Shown here piece by piece: positions 28,602-37,954 of a stretch of DNA of 64,000 nt (positions within the stretch are counted from its first letter, which is position 1; each line of letters begins with the position of its first letter). Below the pieces are notes generated by a model. That model searched no databases. It worked only from the letters and a program-made list of their open reading frames with translations, and was not told where the DNA came from. This DNA is from an uncultured Candidatus Peribacteria bacterium (GTDB lineage Bacteria > Patescibacteriota > Gracilibacteria > CAIRYL01), in contig CAZHIF010000006.1 in the NCBI GenBank assembly GCA_964532505.1, forward strand, positions 13,558 through 77,557, written 5' to 3'. The position numbers and the translations under genes are program-made.

Positions 28602-29408
28602 TTACGATATTTTTTCTTCTCTTTGCACCTTGTTCATAAAATCTCGGAGAAAACTAATATCGATATATCCAGAAAAATTCCTTTTATCAAAAGGATTTTC
28701 TAAATTAGAAATAATTAACGAAAGATAAAGATACAAAAACGATACAAAGAAAACAACAATTCCTTCTTTTACCTGTGTTATCAAGGAAGAATCTCCTGAA
28801 GATGCTATTTCTAAAAATAATAATGTTCCGAGTACAAACATGGTAATAAAATTTTTGAGCTGATGCACAATATGAGGAATAGCATCATTATCTTTAATCT
28901 CAATCATTCGATATGCAACTTTATTTAATAATGAAATTTCTTGTTTTAGCTTGATAATATGATTTGCAGGAACCCCTGCCTGTTCTGCTAAAATAAGCTG
29001 TTCTGACATTATTTTTATAAATTCATGAGTGTCTTTTTTATCAGAATTATCAGCAATGTACAAAAACAATTCTTCTAACCGAAAGAAAAATTCTTTTAAT
29101 ATAATATGAGAAGAAAAAGCTGGTTTTAAAGATTGAATATAGCGAATTTCAGCATAAATATTTTGCATTGCATTTTTTAGCTCCACTTTCAATCGTTCAC
29201 TTTCTTTATATTCCTGCATTACAGGTGATAAAATAAATCCGTAAATGAAAATAACGGAAGAAAGGAGAGAGGTATAAATAGAAATAGGATCAATAAATTC
29301 TAATGATGTAGGAACAAGAAGCACCTTTACCATCAGCAAAATAATAGCAAATAAAAGAGCCGAGAAAAATACCGACCGATGAAAAAATTTTTTTATAGCC
29401 TTAATCAT
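28602..29408 (-). CDS. hypothetical membrane protein (2+2 TM helices around a helical soluble core)
   Basis: The topology resembles DUF4239/bestrophin-like proteins, but no diagnostic motif was recognised. Confidence 0.45.
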   Translation of the reverse strand: MIKAIKKFFHRSVFFSALLFAIILLMVKVLLVPTSLEFIDPISIYTSLLSSVIFIYGFILSPVMQEYKESERLKVELKNAMQNIYAEIRYIQSLKPAFSSHIILKEFFFRLEELFLYIADNSDKKDTHEFIKIMSEQLILAEQAGVPANHIIKLKQEISLLNKVAYRMIEIKDNDAIPHIVHQLKNFITMFVLGTLLFLEIASSGDSSLITQVKEGIVVFFVSFLYLYLSLIISNLENPFDKRNFSGYIDISFLRDFMNKVQREEKIS

Positions 29409-29420
29409 ATATAAAAAAAA

Positions 29421-30689
29421 TTAAAAAATATTCATAGCATTTTTAAGCTCCTCTTCTTTTCCTTCAAACGGACCAATAATACTCAGGCGTAATTTTTTTG
29501 GATCCAAAATTCGTTTTGCCACCAAATCTACTTGTTCTTTGGTAACAGCGTCAATCGATTCAAAATATTCATCTAATGTTTTAATAGGGCGATGTAATAC
29601 CGCTTGTGTTCCTAAAAATCCTGCAATTTCTTCACAGTCTTCCATTCGGAGGGTGATTTTTCCTTTTAAATAATTTTTTGCTTTAATGAGCTCTGTTTCC
29701 AGAATACCATTTTGTGCTATTTCATGATATTCTTTTGCAATGGCTTCAACAGCTTCGAGCACTCGAGGAATGGCAACCCCAGCTCTAGTGGAAAACACTC
29801 CGCAGTCGGTATATCGATCGGTTGAGGTTCCAATACTATAGCATAACCCTTTTTCTTCTCGCACTCGCAAAAACATTCGCGACGACATTCCTCCGCCCAA
29901 AATAACCGATAAAATACTTTCGGCATATTTATCAGCATCAAAATGATCAAGGCCAGGAAACCCCATCACTAGATGTGCTTGCTCTGTGTTTTTATTTCGC
30001 AAAAAAAGCGTTTCGGTTTCACTCCAATTAAAAGGCGTTGGAGTCCTTTTTTTAGAAGTATTAGAAAAAATAAAATACTGATCAATCAATTTCATAATTT
30101 CATCTTGTTGCACATCTCCTGTTGCAATAATCACAGTATTTTCTGGGGTGTACAGTTCATTTTTATACTTTTGAAAATCTTCTTGGGTAATAGAATTGAT
30201 AAGTTCAGGTGTTCCGATCTGATCAAGTGCCATGGGGTGATTTCCAAAAAGTAACTCCTCAAAATCCCATCCAACTTTATAAGTCGGCATATCTTCATAC
30301 ATGTTCATTTCTTCCAAAATCACGCCTCGTTCTTTATCGATTTCTGTAGGATCAAACGTTGCATTCAGCAGCATGTCCGAAAGCACATCGAAAGCAATTT
30401 TCTTCTGCTCTGCGGCTACTTTTACATAATACCCCACATATTCTTTCCCAGTGAATGCATTGAAATCACCTCCTACTCCATCAATGGCTTCAGACACCTC
30501 TTTGGCGTTTTTATACCGTGCTCCTCCTTTAAAAAACATATGCTCTAAAAAATGAGCGGTTCCTCGTTCATGTTCAGCTTCATATCGACTTCCTGCTCCT
30601 ACTAAAATAAGTAAAGTACATGCTTTCGTTCCTTCTTGTGGCGAAATAAGCACTCGAAGTCCATTTGATAATTTCTGTTCGGTGTACAT
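29421..30689 (-). CDS. M16-family (insulinase/pitrilysin-like) zinc peptidase
   Basis: Inverted zinc motif HFLEH (TAHFLEHMFFKGG). ATG 30689 (MYTEQKLSNGLRV) chosen because the longer ORF would run across the leuS start. Confidence 0.8.
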   Translation of the reverse strand: MYTEQKLSNGLRVLISPQEGTKACTLLILVGAGSRYEAEHERGTAHFLEHMFFKGGARYKNAKEVSEAIDGVGGDFNAFTGKEYVGYYVKVAAEQKKIAFDVLSDMLLNATFDPTEIDKERGVILEEMNMYEDMPTYKVGWDFEELLFGNHPMALDQIGTPELINSITQEDFQKYKNELYTPENTVIIATGDVQQDEIMKLIDQYFIFSNTSKKRTPTPFNWSETETLFLRNKNTEQAHLVMGFPGLDHFDADKYAESILSVILGGGMSSRMFLRVREEKGLCYSIGTSTDRYTDCGVFSTRAGVAIPRVLEAVEAIAKEYHEIAQNGILETELIKAKNYLKGKITLRMEDCEEIAGFLGTQAVLHRPIKTLDEYFESIDAVTKEQVDLVAKRILDPKKLRLSIIGPFEGKEEELKNAMNIF

Positions 30690-30815
30690 TGAAAATAAAA
30701 AAACATAACTAACAAAATCATACTGCTTTATAAAAAAAGAATAAAGTTTTTCTTTACTACCTCTTTTTTGTATACTTTGGATTGCTATTGTGCGTGTTTT
30801 TTTATTGTAAATTTT

Positions 30816-33800
30816 ATGTCTGCGTATAATCACCAAGAAATTGAAAAAAAATGGCAACAATTTTGGGAAGAAAATAAAACATTTTCTGTGAAAAACGCTT
30901 CAACTTCGCTCAGCGACCAATCTGAACCTGAGCAGAGTCGAAGGAAAAAATTCTATGCCCTTGATATGTTCCCTTATCCATCTGGTGCGGGGCTGCATGT
31001 TGGGCATCCTGAAGGGTATACCGCCACGGATATTATTTGCCGAAAAAAACGAATGGAAGGATATGATGTTTTGCATCCCATGGGGTGGGATGCTTTTGGG
31101 CTTCCTGCGGAAAATTTTGCCATCAAAACAGGTGTACATCCCAATGTTTCAACGCAACAAAATATTGCCAATTTCACAAAGCAAATTAAATCTCTTGGGT
31201 TTTCGTATGACTGGAACCGAGAAATTGATACAACCGATCCCAATTATTATAAATGGACGCAACAACTGTTTTTGAAATTTTATGAAAAAGGATTGTTGTA
31301 TGAAGAAGAAAAACCAATGAACTGGTGTCCGAGTTGCAAAGTGGTGTGTGCAAATGAGGAAGTAGAACAAGGACTGCATGAACGGTGCGGAAATCCCGTG
31401 ACGAAAAAATCACTCAAACAGTGGATGTTTAAAATTACCGACTATGCCGAACGGCTTTTGCAGGATTTGGAAAAACCAAATGTGATTATTCTCCACGGAT
31501 GGGGAGGAAGAGGTTCTTCAGGGTGGATGGCAGACTTAAAAAATTTTTTGGAAAACAACGGAATAGAAGCGTTTTCTCCAGATTTACCAAATACGAAAAA
31601 TCCACAATATGCTGAATGGAAAGAATTTTTTGAACAAAATCTTAAACAACATCTTCGCAGAAATACCATTTTGGTTGGGCATTCTTTGGGTGGAGGATTT
31701 ATTCAAAAATATCTATCAGAAGAAGAAATTCAAATTGCAGAAATTGTTTTATTTGCCCCAACTGTTTCTAATTGTGGTATTTCTGAAATTGAAAATTTTT
31801 TCACCGAAACATTTGATTACGAAAAAATTAAAAATTCTACAGATAATATTTTTATTTTTGGAGGAGGAAAAGATCCGTATATCAAAAAAGAAGAATTGGA
31901 ATTTTTGACCGAAAAACTTTCTGCTCATTTGGAAATCTTCCCAGAAGAAGAGCATTTTTGGAGCGATAGGCCTATTGATTATTTTTCTTCAAAAGCAATT
32001 TCGAAATTTTTTGAAAAAGTTGTCGATTCTCAACTCGACTGGCCAGAAAAAATTAAGGCAATGCAAAAGAACTGGATTGGGAAAAGTGAAGGAGGAGAAA
32101 TTGAATTTACAATTCAAAATTCAGAATTAAAAATTTCCGTCTACACCACCCGTGCAGATACCATTTTTTCAGGAACATTTTTGATTTTGTCGCCAGAACA
32201 TCCATTGGTTGCCAAAATTACAACGCCTGAACAAAAAACGGAAATTGAAGCCTATCAAAAAAAATGTGCGGCAATGTCGGATCTTGACCGAACGGAGCTC
32301 AACAAAGACAAAACAGGTGCATTTACAGGAAGTTTTGCGATCAATCCAGCGAGTGGCGACAAAATGCCGATTTGGATTTCGGATTTTGTTTTGGCAAGTT
32401 ATGGAACAGGAGCGGTTTTTGCCGATGCTCATGACGAACGAGATTTTGAAATGGCAAAAATTTATGGGATTCCTCTCAAAACTTCTATTTATCCAGAAAA
32501 TGCAACTCCTGAAGAAAAACAAAAAATCGACAACCTAGAAGAATGTTTTTCTGGAAAAGGAATCTTACATCATTCTTTACAATTTGATGGAATGAAATCG
32601 GACGAAGCGATTCCAAAAATTTTGGACTGGCTGACAGAAAAAGGATATGCGACAAAAAAAACCAATTATCGTTTGCGTGACTGGATTTTTACTCGGCAGC
32701 GATATTGGGGAGAACCGATTCCATTGGTATTTGATGAAAATGGAAAATGCTATCCATTGGACGAAAGCGAACTGCCTTTGGTGTTGCCTGAAAGCAGCAA
32801 TTATGAGCCGAGTGAAAGTGGAGAAAGTCCACTTGCAAAAATTGAAGAATGGGTAAATGTGAAAGGAGAAATTACCGAAAAGGGAACCGTGAAAATTTCG
32901 GCAAATGGGACAAAAAAATTCAGAAGAGAAACTTCCACCATGCCAAACTGGGCAGGAAGTTCGTGGTATTGGCTTCGGTTCATGGATGCCAAAAATGACG
33001 AACAAGCGTGGTCAAAAGACGCTGAAAATTTTTGGGGACCAGTGGATTTGTATGTCGGAGGTGCCGAACATGCAGTACTACACTTGCTCTATGCTCGATT
33101 TTGGCATAAAGCATTATATGATATGGGACTCGTTTCCACCAAAGAACCGTTTAAAAAATTAGTAAACCAAGGACTCATTTTGAGCTATGCATACCAAAGA
33201 AGCACGGGTGGACTGGTTCCACTAGACGAAGTGGAAGAAAAAACCATAGACGGAATTCCAAAATATTTTGAAAAATCGACCAGACAAGAAGTGAAAAAAA
33301 TCGTCGCCAAAATGTCAAAATCGCTCAAAAATGTGATTAATCCTGATGAAATTATTGAAGCCTTTGGAGCAGATACTTTGCGAATGTACGAAATGTTTAT
33401 GGGACCGTTTGAGCAGAGTAAAGCGTGGGACACTACTGCCGTGGAAGGAATGCATAAATTTTTGTCTCGAATTTATAGAAATTTTACGGAAAAAGAAATT
33501 GTAGATGTTTGCCCGCCCGAAAATCTTATTCGGCTAACGCACCAAACCGTCAAAAAAGTTTCTGATGATATTGATGCGTTCAAGTTCAATACTGCTATTT
33601 CGCAACTGATGATTTGGATGAATGAATTTGCAAAACTTGATCACATTCCACGCATTGCAGGGGGTCGTTTTATTCGCCTTCTTTCTCCTTTTGCTCCGCA
33701 TTTGGCAGAAGAATTGTGGAAAAAATTTAAACCCGAAAGCGAAACGATTGCGTTTGAAAATTGGGCAACATACGACGAAAAATATTTGGTGGCTGATACA

Positions 33801-33986
33801 GTTGTGTACGCCGTGCAGGTGAATGGAAAACTGCGGGCTGATTTTGAAATGCCAAAAGATGCTCCACGCGAAGAAGTTTTGGAGGCGGCAAAAAAATTGG
33901 AAAAAGTACAGAAATATTTGAATGAAGGAGTAATGAGAAAAGAAATTTTTGTTCCGGGAAAAATTGTAGGGTTTGTAGTAGGGTAG
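30816..33986 (+). CDS. leuS: leucyl-tRNA synthetase carrying an inserted alpha/beta-hydrolase domain
   Basis: HVGH (HIGH), KMSKS, CP1 motifs TTRADTIF and GTGAVFADAHDERD, C-terminal VQVNGKLR. 1056 aa against about 860 aa for canonical bacterial LeuRS. Confidence 0.9.
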   Translation: MSAYNHQEIEKKWQQFWEENKTFSVKNASTSLSDQSEPEQSRRKKFYALDMFPYPSGAGLHVGHPEGYTATDIICRKKRMEGYDVLHPMGWDAFGLPAENFAIKTGVHPNVSTQQNIANFTKQIKSLGFSYDWNREIDTTDPNYYKWTQQLFLKFYEKGLLYEEEKPMNWCPSCKVVCANEEVEQGLHERCGNPVTKKSLKQWMFKITDYAERLLQDLEKPNVIILHGWGGRGSSGWMADLKNFLENNGIEAFSPDLPNTKNPQYAEWKEFFEQNLKQHLRRNTILVGHSLGGGFIQKYLSEEEIQIAEIVLFAPTVSNCGISEIENFFTETFDYEKIKNSTDNIFIFGGGKDPYIKKEELEFLTEKLSAHLEIFPEEEHFWSDRPIDYFSSKAISKFFEKVVDSQLDWPEKIKAMQKNWIGKSEGGEIEFTIQNSELKISVYTTRADTIFSGTFLILSPEHPLVAKITTPEQKTEIEAYQKKCAAMSDLDRTELNKDKTGAFTGSFAINPASGDKMPIWISDFVLASYGTGAVFADAHDERDFEMAKIYGIPLKTSIYPENATPEEKQKIDNLEECFSGKGILHHSLQFDGMKSDEAIPKILDWLTEKGYATKKTNYRLRDWIFTRQRYWGEPIPLVFDENGKCYPLDESELPLVLPESSNYEPSESGESPLAKIEEWVNVKGEITEKGTVKISANGTKKFRRETSTMPNWAGSSWYWLRFMDAKNDEQAWSKDAENFWGPVDLYVGGAEHAVLHLLYARFWHKALYDMGLVSTKEPFKKLVNQGLILSYAYQRSTGGLVPLDEVEEKTIDGIPKYFEKSTRQEVKKIVAKMSKSLKNVINPDEIIEAFGADTLRMYEMFMGPFEQSKAWDTTAVEGMHKFLSRIYRNFTEKEIVDVCPPENLIRLTHQTVKKVSDDIDAFKFNTAISQLMIWMNEFAKLDHIPRIAGGRFIRLLSPFAPHLAEELWKKFKPESETIAFENWATYDEKYLVADTVVYAVQVNGKLRADFEMPKDAPREEVLEAAKKLEKVQKYLNEGVMRKEIFVPGKIVGFVVG
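31473..32036 (+). other. about 188-aa alpha/beta serine-hydrolase (YdeN/RBBP9-like) domain inserted within LeuRS (residues about 220-407)
   Basis: VIILHGWGG, nucleophile elbow GHSLGG (Ser codon 31683..31685), GGGKDPY (Asp 31872..31874), EEEHFW (His 31953..31955). Flanks DLEK / LDWPEKIKAMQKNWIGKSEG are contiguous in canonical LeuRS. Confidence 0.7.
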
Positions 33987-34140
33987 ATTATTATTTTCTA
34001 AATTTTATGACCAACGGTCTCTCTTCATTGGCTATTTACCAAACAGAAAAATGAAGTGAAGTAATTATAAAATATAACCAACTGAAAATGTTGTCTTCTG
34101 AGGGGAAATTTCTCAATTATACATTTTAAAAACTATTTTT

Positions 34141-34755
34141 ATGCCTAAAGCCTTTTCTCCTCAAGATCACTATTTTCACCAAGCAAAAAAGCTTGGATAT
34201 CGAGCTCGCAGTGCGTTTAAACTCATCGAAACACTGGAAAAATTCCCAAAGCTTTTGCCAAAGAAGGCAAATGTGCTGGATCTGGGAGCTGCTCCTGGAA
34301 GTTTTTTGCAGGTGTTGGGAGAAAAAAACGCAGGAGGAAAAGTGTGTGGAGTGGATTTGCAGAAAATAGAAAAGTTTCCAAAGAATTATCCGTGTGAGCT
34401 GGAACTCATCCAAGGAGATGTTTTTGAAGAAAGCACTGCGAAAGAAATCATTGCATTTTTTGGAGAAAAGAAAGCCGATCTCATCACATCAGATCTGGCG
34501 CCCAAAACTTCTGGGATCAAAGGAGTGGATCAGTGGAAGAGTATCGAGCTTAATCAGCGAGTGCTGGAAGTGTGTGAAATGCTTTTAAAACCGAAAGGAA
34601 ACCTTATTACCAAGATTTTTAAAGGAGAAGATTTTGAAGAATTTTGGACGCATGAATTTCGCAATCGATTTGAAACGGTAAAAACTTTCAAACCAAATTC
34701 TTGCCGAGATAGGAGTGTAGAGTTTTTTTTGGTAGGAATAGAGTGGAAAGGATGA
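34141..34755 (+). CDS. rlmE: 23S rRNA (uridine-2'-O)-methyltransferase RlmE/FtsJ
   Basis: YRARSAFKLIE, SAM motif VLDLGAAPGSFLQV, ITSDLAPKTSG. Confidence 0.85.
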   Translation: MPKAFSPQDHYFHQAKKLGYRARSAFKLIETLEKFPKLLPKKANVLDLGAAPGSFLQVLGEKNAGGKVCGVDLQKIEKFPKNYPCELELIQGDVFEESTAKEIIAFFGEKKADLITSDLAPKTSGIKGVDQWKSIELNQRVLEVCEMLLKPKGNLITKIFKGEDFEEFWTHEFRNRFETVKTFKPNSCRDRSVEFFLVGIEWKG

Positions 34756-34808
34756 GAAGAAAAAAGAAAGACTGTCTAAATTATTGCTATCAACTCGAGT
34801 ATAAAAAA

Positions 34809-37586
34809 TCATTCAATATTCATTCTTGTTTTTCTTTTTCCAATCCACCACATTCCGCCACCCACCGAAGAAATCCCTAAAAAAAACAGAATTAAAACGA
34901 AAAAAGAAGCAGGAGTGCTTACAAAGGAATTTTGCAAAGCAACATTTGCAGGACGAATATCCTTTATTTTTCCTTTATACAAATGGATAATTACAGGCTT
35001 CCCAGCAACAAAAACTTCTTGTGCACGGGGTAGATATTCTGGGAAATCCATGGCATAAAAATTCCCATCTTCCGCCCACATCAGAATCATTTCTTGATCT
35101 ACCAATGAAATAACCCCAGAAATGATGACATCGTTTGGTGGTTTTGGAATCAGTGTGAAAGTCGCTTTTTTGGTGGTTGATTTTTTCTTTTTCGCCTTTT
35201 TCTGTTTTGATTTTTCAACAAATCGTGGGGCAAGCGGACCAAACCACTCATCATTCCTCGCTTTTTTCCAAGAAATCGAAGAAACCACCCCTTCATATTC
35301 ATTGATTAAAGAAATAGTGGCATCCGTGTTTGGAAAAGCAAAAAGAAATGGTTGATTGAGAGGGATAGACTGGTGGGGCAAGAAAAAAATATAGGGAAGT
35401 TTTTTGGTCGTCACCTTTCCTTTTCTCTCAATTCGAAGCGACCATCCTCTCAAAAATCCAGATCGAGCGCTGTTATTGATGAGGAACAAGATCTCATTTT
35501 TAGAATCGGCACCTAATGGATTGGGAAGCACTTTGGCAATGCTTACCGCATGCAATTCGTTTTTTGGAGCTACTTTAAGAGCTTTCTTTTTTGCTTCTTT
35601 TTTGGTAGTTGTTTTTTTGCTCACTTTGGGAGCAGGTGTTGGAGTGGTGAAAAAAGAAGTGATGGATGAATGCTCTGATGAATAGGCACGCACTCCAAAT
35701 TTCTGAAAATCAAGGCGATGGAGTAAAATCGGAGTATTGGAATACTGAGAAAAACAGCTTGGTGTATGAAAATCAATCCCCCATTTTTTAACCTGCAACG
35801 CAGCTTTAAAATGCTCACGCTGCACATTTGAAAGTTCGTTTTCTATCCAGTTAAAACATATCGTATCTAAAAGCGTCATATCACTCGATCGCAATTCTAA
35901 AAACATTTGATCAAGAGAAAGGCTTTTATTTTTCATCGGCAAGCGGACAATATATTCCTGCTCTGGCAATAGCCAATCGTTTGGAAAGATCTTAAGCTCT
36001 TTTCCTGCATTATACAGCCCAATATTTTTGAGAGGAATAATTTCAGAAGATGTATTTTTCAAGCGGATTTCAAATACTTCTGTTGAAACCAAAAAATCAG
36101 AAAATAACAATCCCTCCACGGCAGAAGAAGAATCTCCAGAAATCACAATCTGAAAATCCTGAAGAGAATTGGTATCATCGGTGACAATACGCACTATTTT
36201 CGAATTTTTGGGAAACGCAGCAATATTCACACAATCATATTCTGCCACACTCCCCTTCCACTGATTTTGCAAAATCATCACAGCAATATCTTTTTTTTCT
36301 TTCGATTCCAGATAATTATTCTGATTCGCATAACACATTCCTTCTAAAATCTGAGAATTACTATCGACTAAATAAATACTTTCATCGCTGAGCGAAAGTC
36401 CAGAAATGGGGACAAAAAACATCCAACCTCCGCCCAACTGGCGAGGCGGTTCGGTGGTATCTTTTTGAAACACAAAGCGCAAAATATCCCCCGTTTTTGC
36501 GAATATATTTTCTGGAATGGTATAGGCAACTCCATCAATTCCAAGACGTATTCCTGCTATGTCGGTATTACATGAAACGCATTTTACTTCGATGCTATCG
36601 GGTGAAGCATTGGGAGACACGGAAATAATCTGCAGAATAACTGGATTAGTGGGAGATTTCAGCACTGGAAATGGAATCATATTGTTTTCGAAAGTGGTGG
36701 CAACCGAAGGCGGAATCGAAGTTGAAAGACAAGCAGTATTTTGAGTATTTGCAGAAGGCCTCATCCAACATGTCTGATCAGCAAACACTCCAAAAGATTC
36801 TCCAGATTTTGCAGTTCCAGAATATTGGAACACCGAAACACTCTGTCCATTAGGATCAAAGAGGGTGAGAGTTTCTCCTGTGTTGTTGAGCGTGATGCCA
36901 CTTTGCGATCGATAAACTGCCAACACACTTTGCGACTCAATACGCTGAGAAGCAAAAATATAGGCATCACCAGAAGTATCCACAACTTTCCAACCCGCTA
37001 TATCAAAAGAATTTTCAGTCGGATTAAAAAGTTCAAAATATTCATTCTCCAGTCCGTCCGTTCCTTCGGGATCAGGAAACATTTCAGTAATAATCAATGC
37101 AGGGTAAGGAGTGGGAGTGGGAGTGGGTGTGGGTGTTGAGGATGAAAGTGGTGTCGGCGGAGGAGTTGGAGTGAAAGGGGAAACATTGGGAAGACTTGGA
37201 GAAGAGATTGTCCAAATCCAGCTTCCCTCTAGCAAAGAATAAGACATTCCTGTTTTTTTTGCAGGAATAATGATAGAATCAACCTTTTCACCGTTTGCGG
37301 CATAGATCGAAACAGTGTCACCAGTATCGTTGATTTTATTAGAAAGTGATATAAGTAAGTAACCCCCTGCCGAAATACTGGAAAATGGAAAAGCATACAA
37401 ATTCTCCTTTCCAGTCGAAGTCATTTCAGAATATTTCCATCCTGTAAAATCAGCATATTCATCGCTAAAAATCTCGATATATTCCTCGGTAGGATGCACT
37501 TCTGAAATATTCACCGCCAGTGAAATGCCCGAAAAAATCAAGTTTACAAAAAATAGCCAACAAAAAAGAATGGCATACAGTTTCAT
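34809..37586 (-). CDS. lamin-tail-domain (LTD) repeat surface protein, signal peptide + C-terminal TM anchor
   Basis: LTD-like modules (IITEMFPDPEGTDGLENEYFELFNPTE...IAGWKV; IAKVLPNPLGADSKNEILFLIN...LRGWSL), TP-rich linkers, Lys-rich patches, and a C-terminal FFVLILFFLGISSVGGGMWWIGKRK. Confidence 0.7.
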   Translation of the reverse strand: MKLYAILFCWLFFVNLIFSGISLAVNISEVHPTEEYIEIFSDEYADFTGWKYSEMTSTGKENLYAFPFSSISAGGYLLISLSNKINDTGDTVSIYAANGEKVDSIIIPAKKTGMSYSLLEGSWIWTISSPSLPNVSPFTPTPPPTPLSSSTPTPTPTPTPYPALIITEMFPDPEGTDGLENEYFELFNPTENSFDIAGWKVVDTSGDAYIFASQRIESQSVLAVYRSQSGITLNNTGETLTLFDPNGQSVSVFQYSGTAKSGESFGVFADQTCWMRPSANTQNTACLSTSIPPSVATTFENNMIPFPVLKSPTNPVILQIISVSPNASPDSIEVKCVSCNTDIAGIRLGIDGVAYTIPENIFAKTGDILRFVFQKDTTEPPRQLGGGWMFFVPISGLSLSDESIYLVDSNSQILEGMCYANQNNYLESKEKKDIAVMILQNQWKGSVAEYDCVNIAAFPKNSKIVRIVTDDTNSLQDFQIVISGDSSSAVEGLLFSDFLVSTEVFEIRLKNTSSEIIPLKNIGLYNAGKELKIFPNDWLLPEQEYIVRLPMKNKSLSLDQMFLELRSSDMTLLDTICFNWIENELSNVQREHFKAALQVKKWGIDFHTPSCFSQYSNTPILLHRLDFQKFGVRAYSSEHSSITSFFTTPTPAPKVSKKTTTKKEAKKKALKVAPKNELHAVSIAKVLPNPLGADSKNEILFLINNSARSGFLRGWSLRIERKGKVTTKKLPYIFFLPHQSIPLNQPFLFAFPNTDATISLINEYEGVVSSISWKKARNDEWFGPLAPRFVEKSKQKKAKKKKSTTKKATFTLIPKPPNDVIISGVISLVDQEMILMWAEDGNFYAMDFPEYLPRAQEVFVAGKPVIIHLYKGKIKDIRPANVALQNSFVSTPASFFVLILFFLGISSVGGGMWWIGKRKTRMNIE

Positions 37587-37681
37587 ACAAAAAATCTAAC
37601 ATTGAGCAATACAGAAAGCTATTTCTTTTTGTTAAAAACATTGTAAAAGGTGAGGAGGTGCTTCCATAAAATATATTTCTT

Positions 37682-37717
37682 AAAAAATAAAAAAGAACCC
37701 CTTAATGGGGTTCTTTT
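37682..37717 (-). terminator. rho-independent terminator closing the tig - small ORF unit
   Basis: Minus strand: AAAAGAACCCC / ATTAA / GGGGTTCTTTT, then TTATTTTTT. Starts 3 nt after the stop codon at 37720. Confidence 0.75.
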
Positions 37718-37719
37718 TC

Positions 37720-37938
37720 TTATTCTTCGTCGTCTTCTTCGCTTGGTCTCCAAGGATCAAGCAATTCATCAATCGCAGCTAATTTTTCTTCTGGAGTCAT
37801 TTCAGTATCAGCCAATACAGTATCAATCGATCCCAAAAGAGCTCCTACTTCTTCCATCACTTCCGTGATAGTAAGTTCTTGATCTTCGTCTTGCGAGTGG
37901 CATTGTCCGCCTCCGCAGCATCCGTCATTGTGCATCAT
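37720..37938 (-). CDS. small acidic protein with N-terminal CCGGGQCH cysteine cluster (hypothetical)
   Basis: 72-aa ORF starting 16 nt downstream of tig and followed directly by a strong terminator. Very acidic C-terminal two thirds. Confidence 0.5.
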   Translation of the reverse strand: MMHNDGCCGGGQCHSQDEDQELTITEVMEEVGALLGSIDTVLADTEMTPEEKLAAIDELLDPWRPSEEDDEE

Positions 37939-37954
37939 AATAAAAAAATAAAGA

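Noticed and set aside
31473-32036. Intein or mobile intron as the explanation for the extra 188 aa in LeuRS
   Set aside because: There is no Cys/Ser/Thr at the N-terminal junction, no His-Asn plus Cys/Ser/Thr at the C-terminal junction, and no homing-endonuclease motifs. The segment instead has clear alpha/beta-hydrolase motifs (HG, GHSLGG, D, H).
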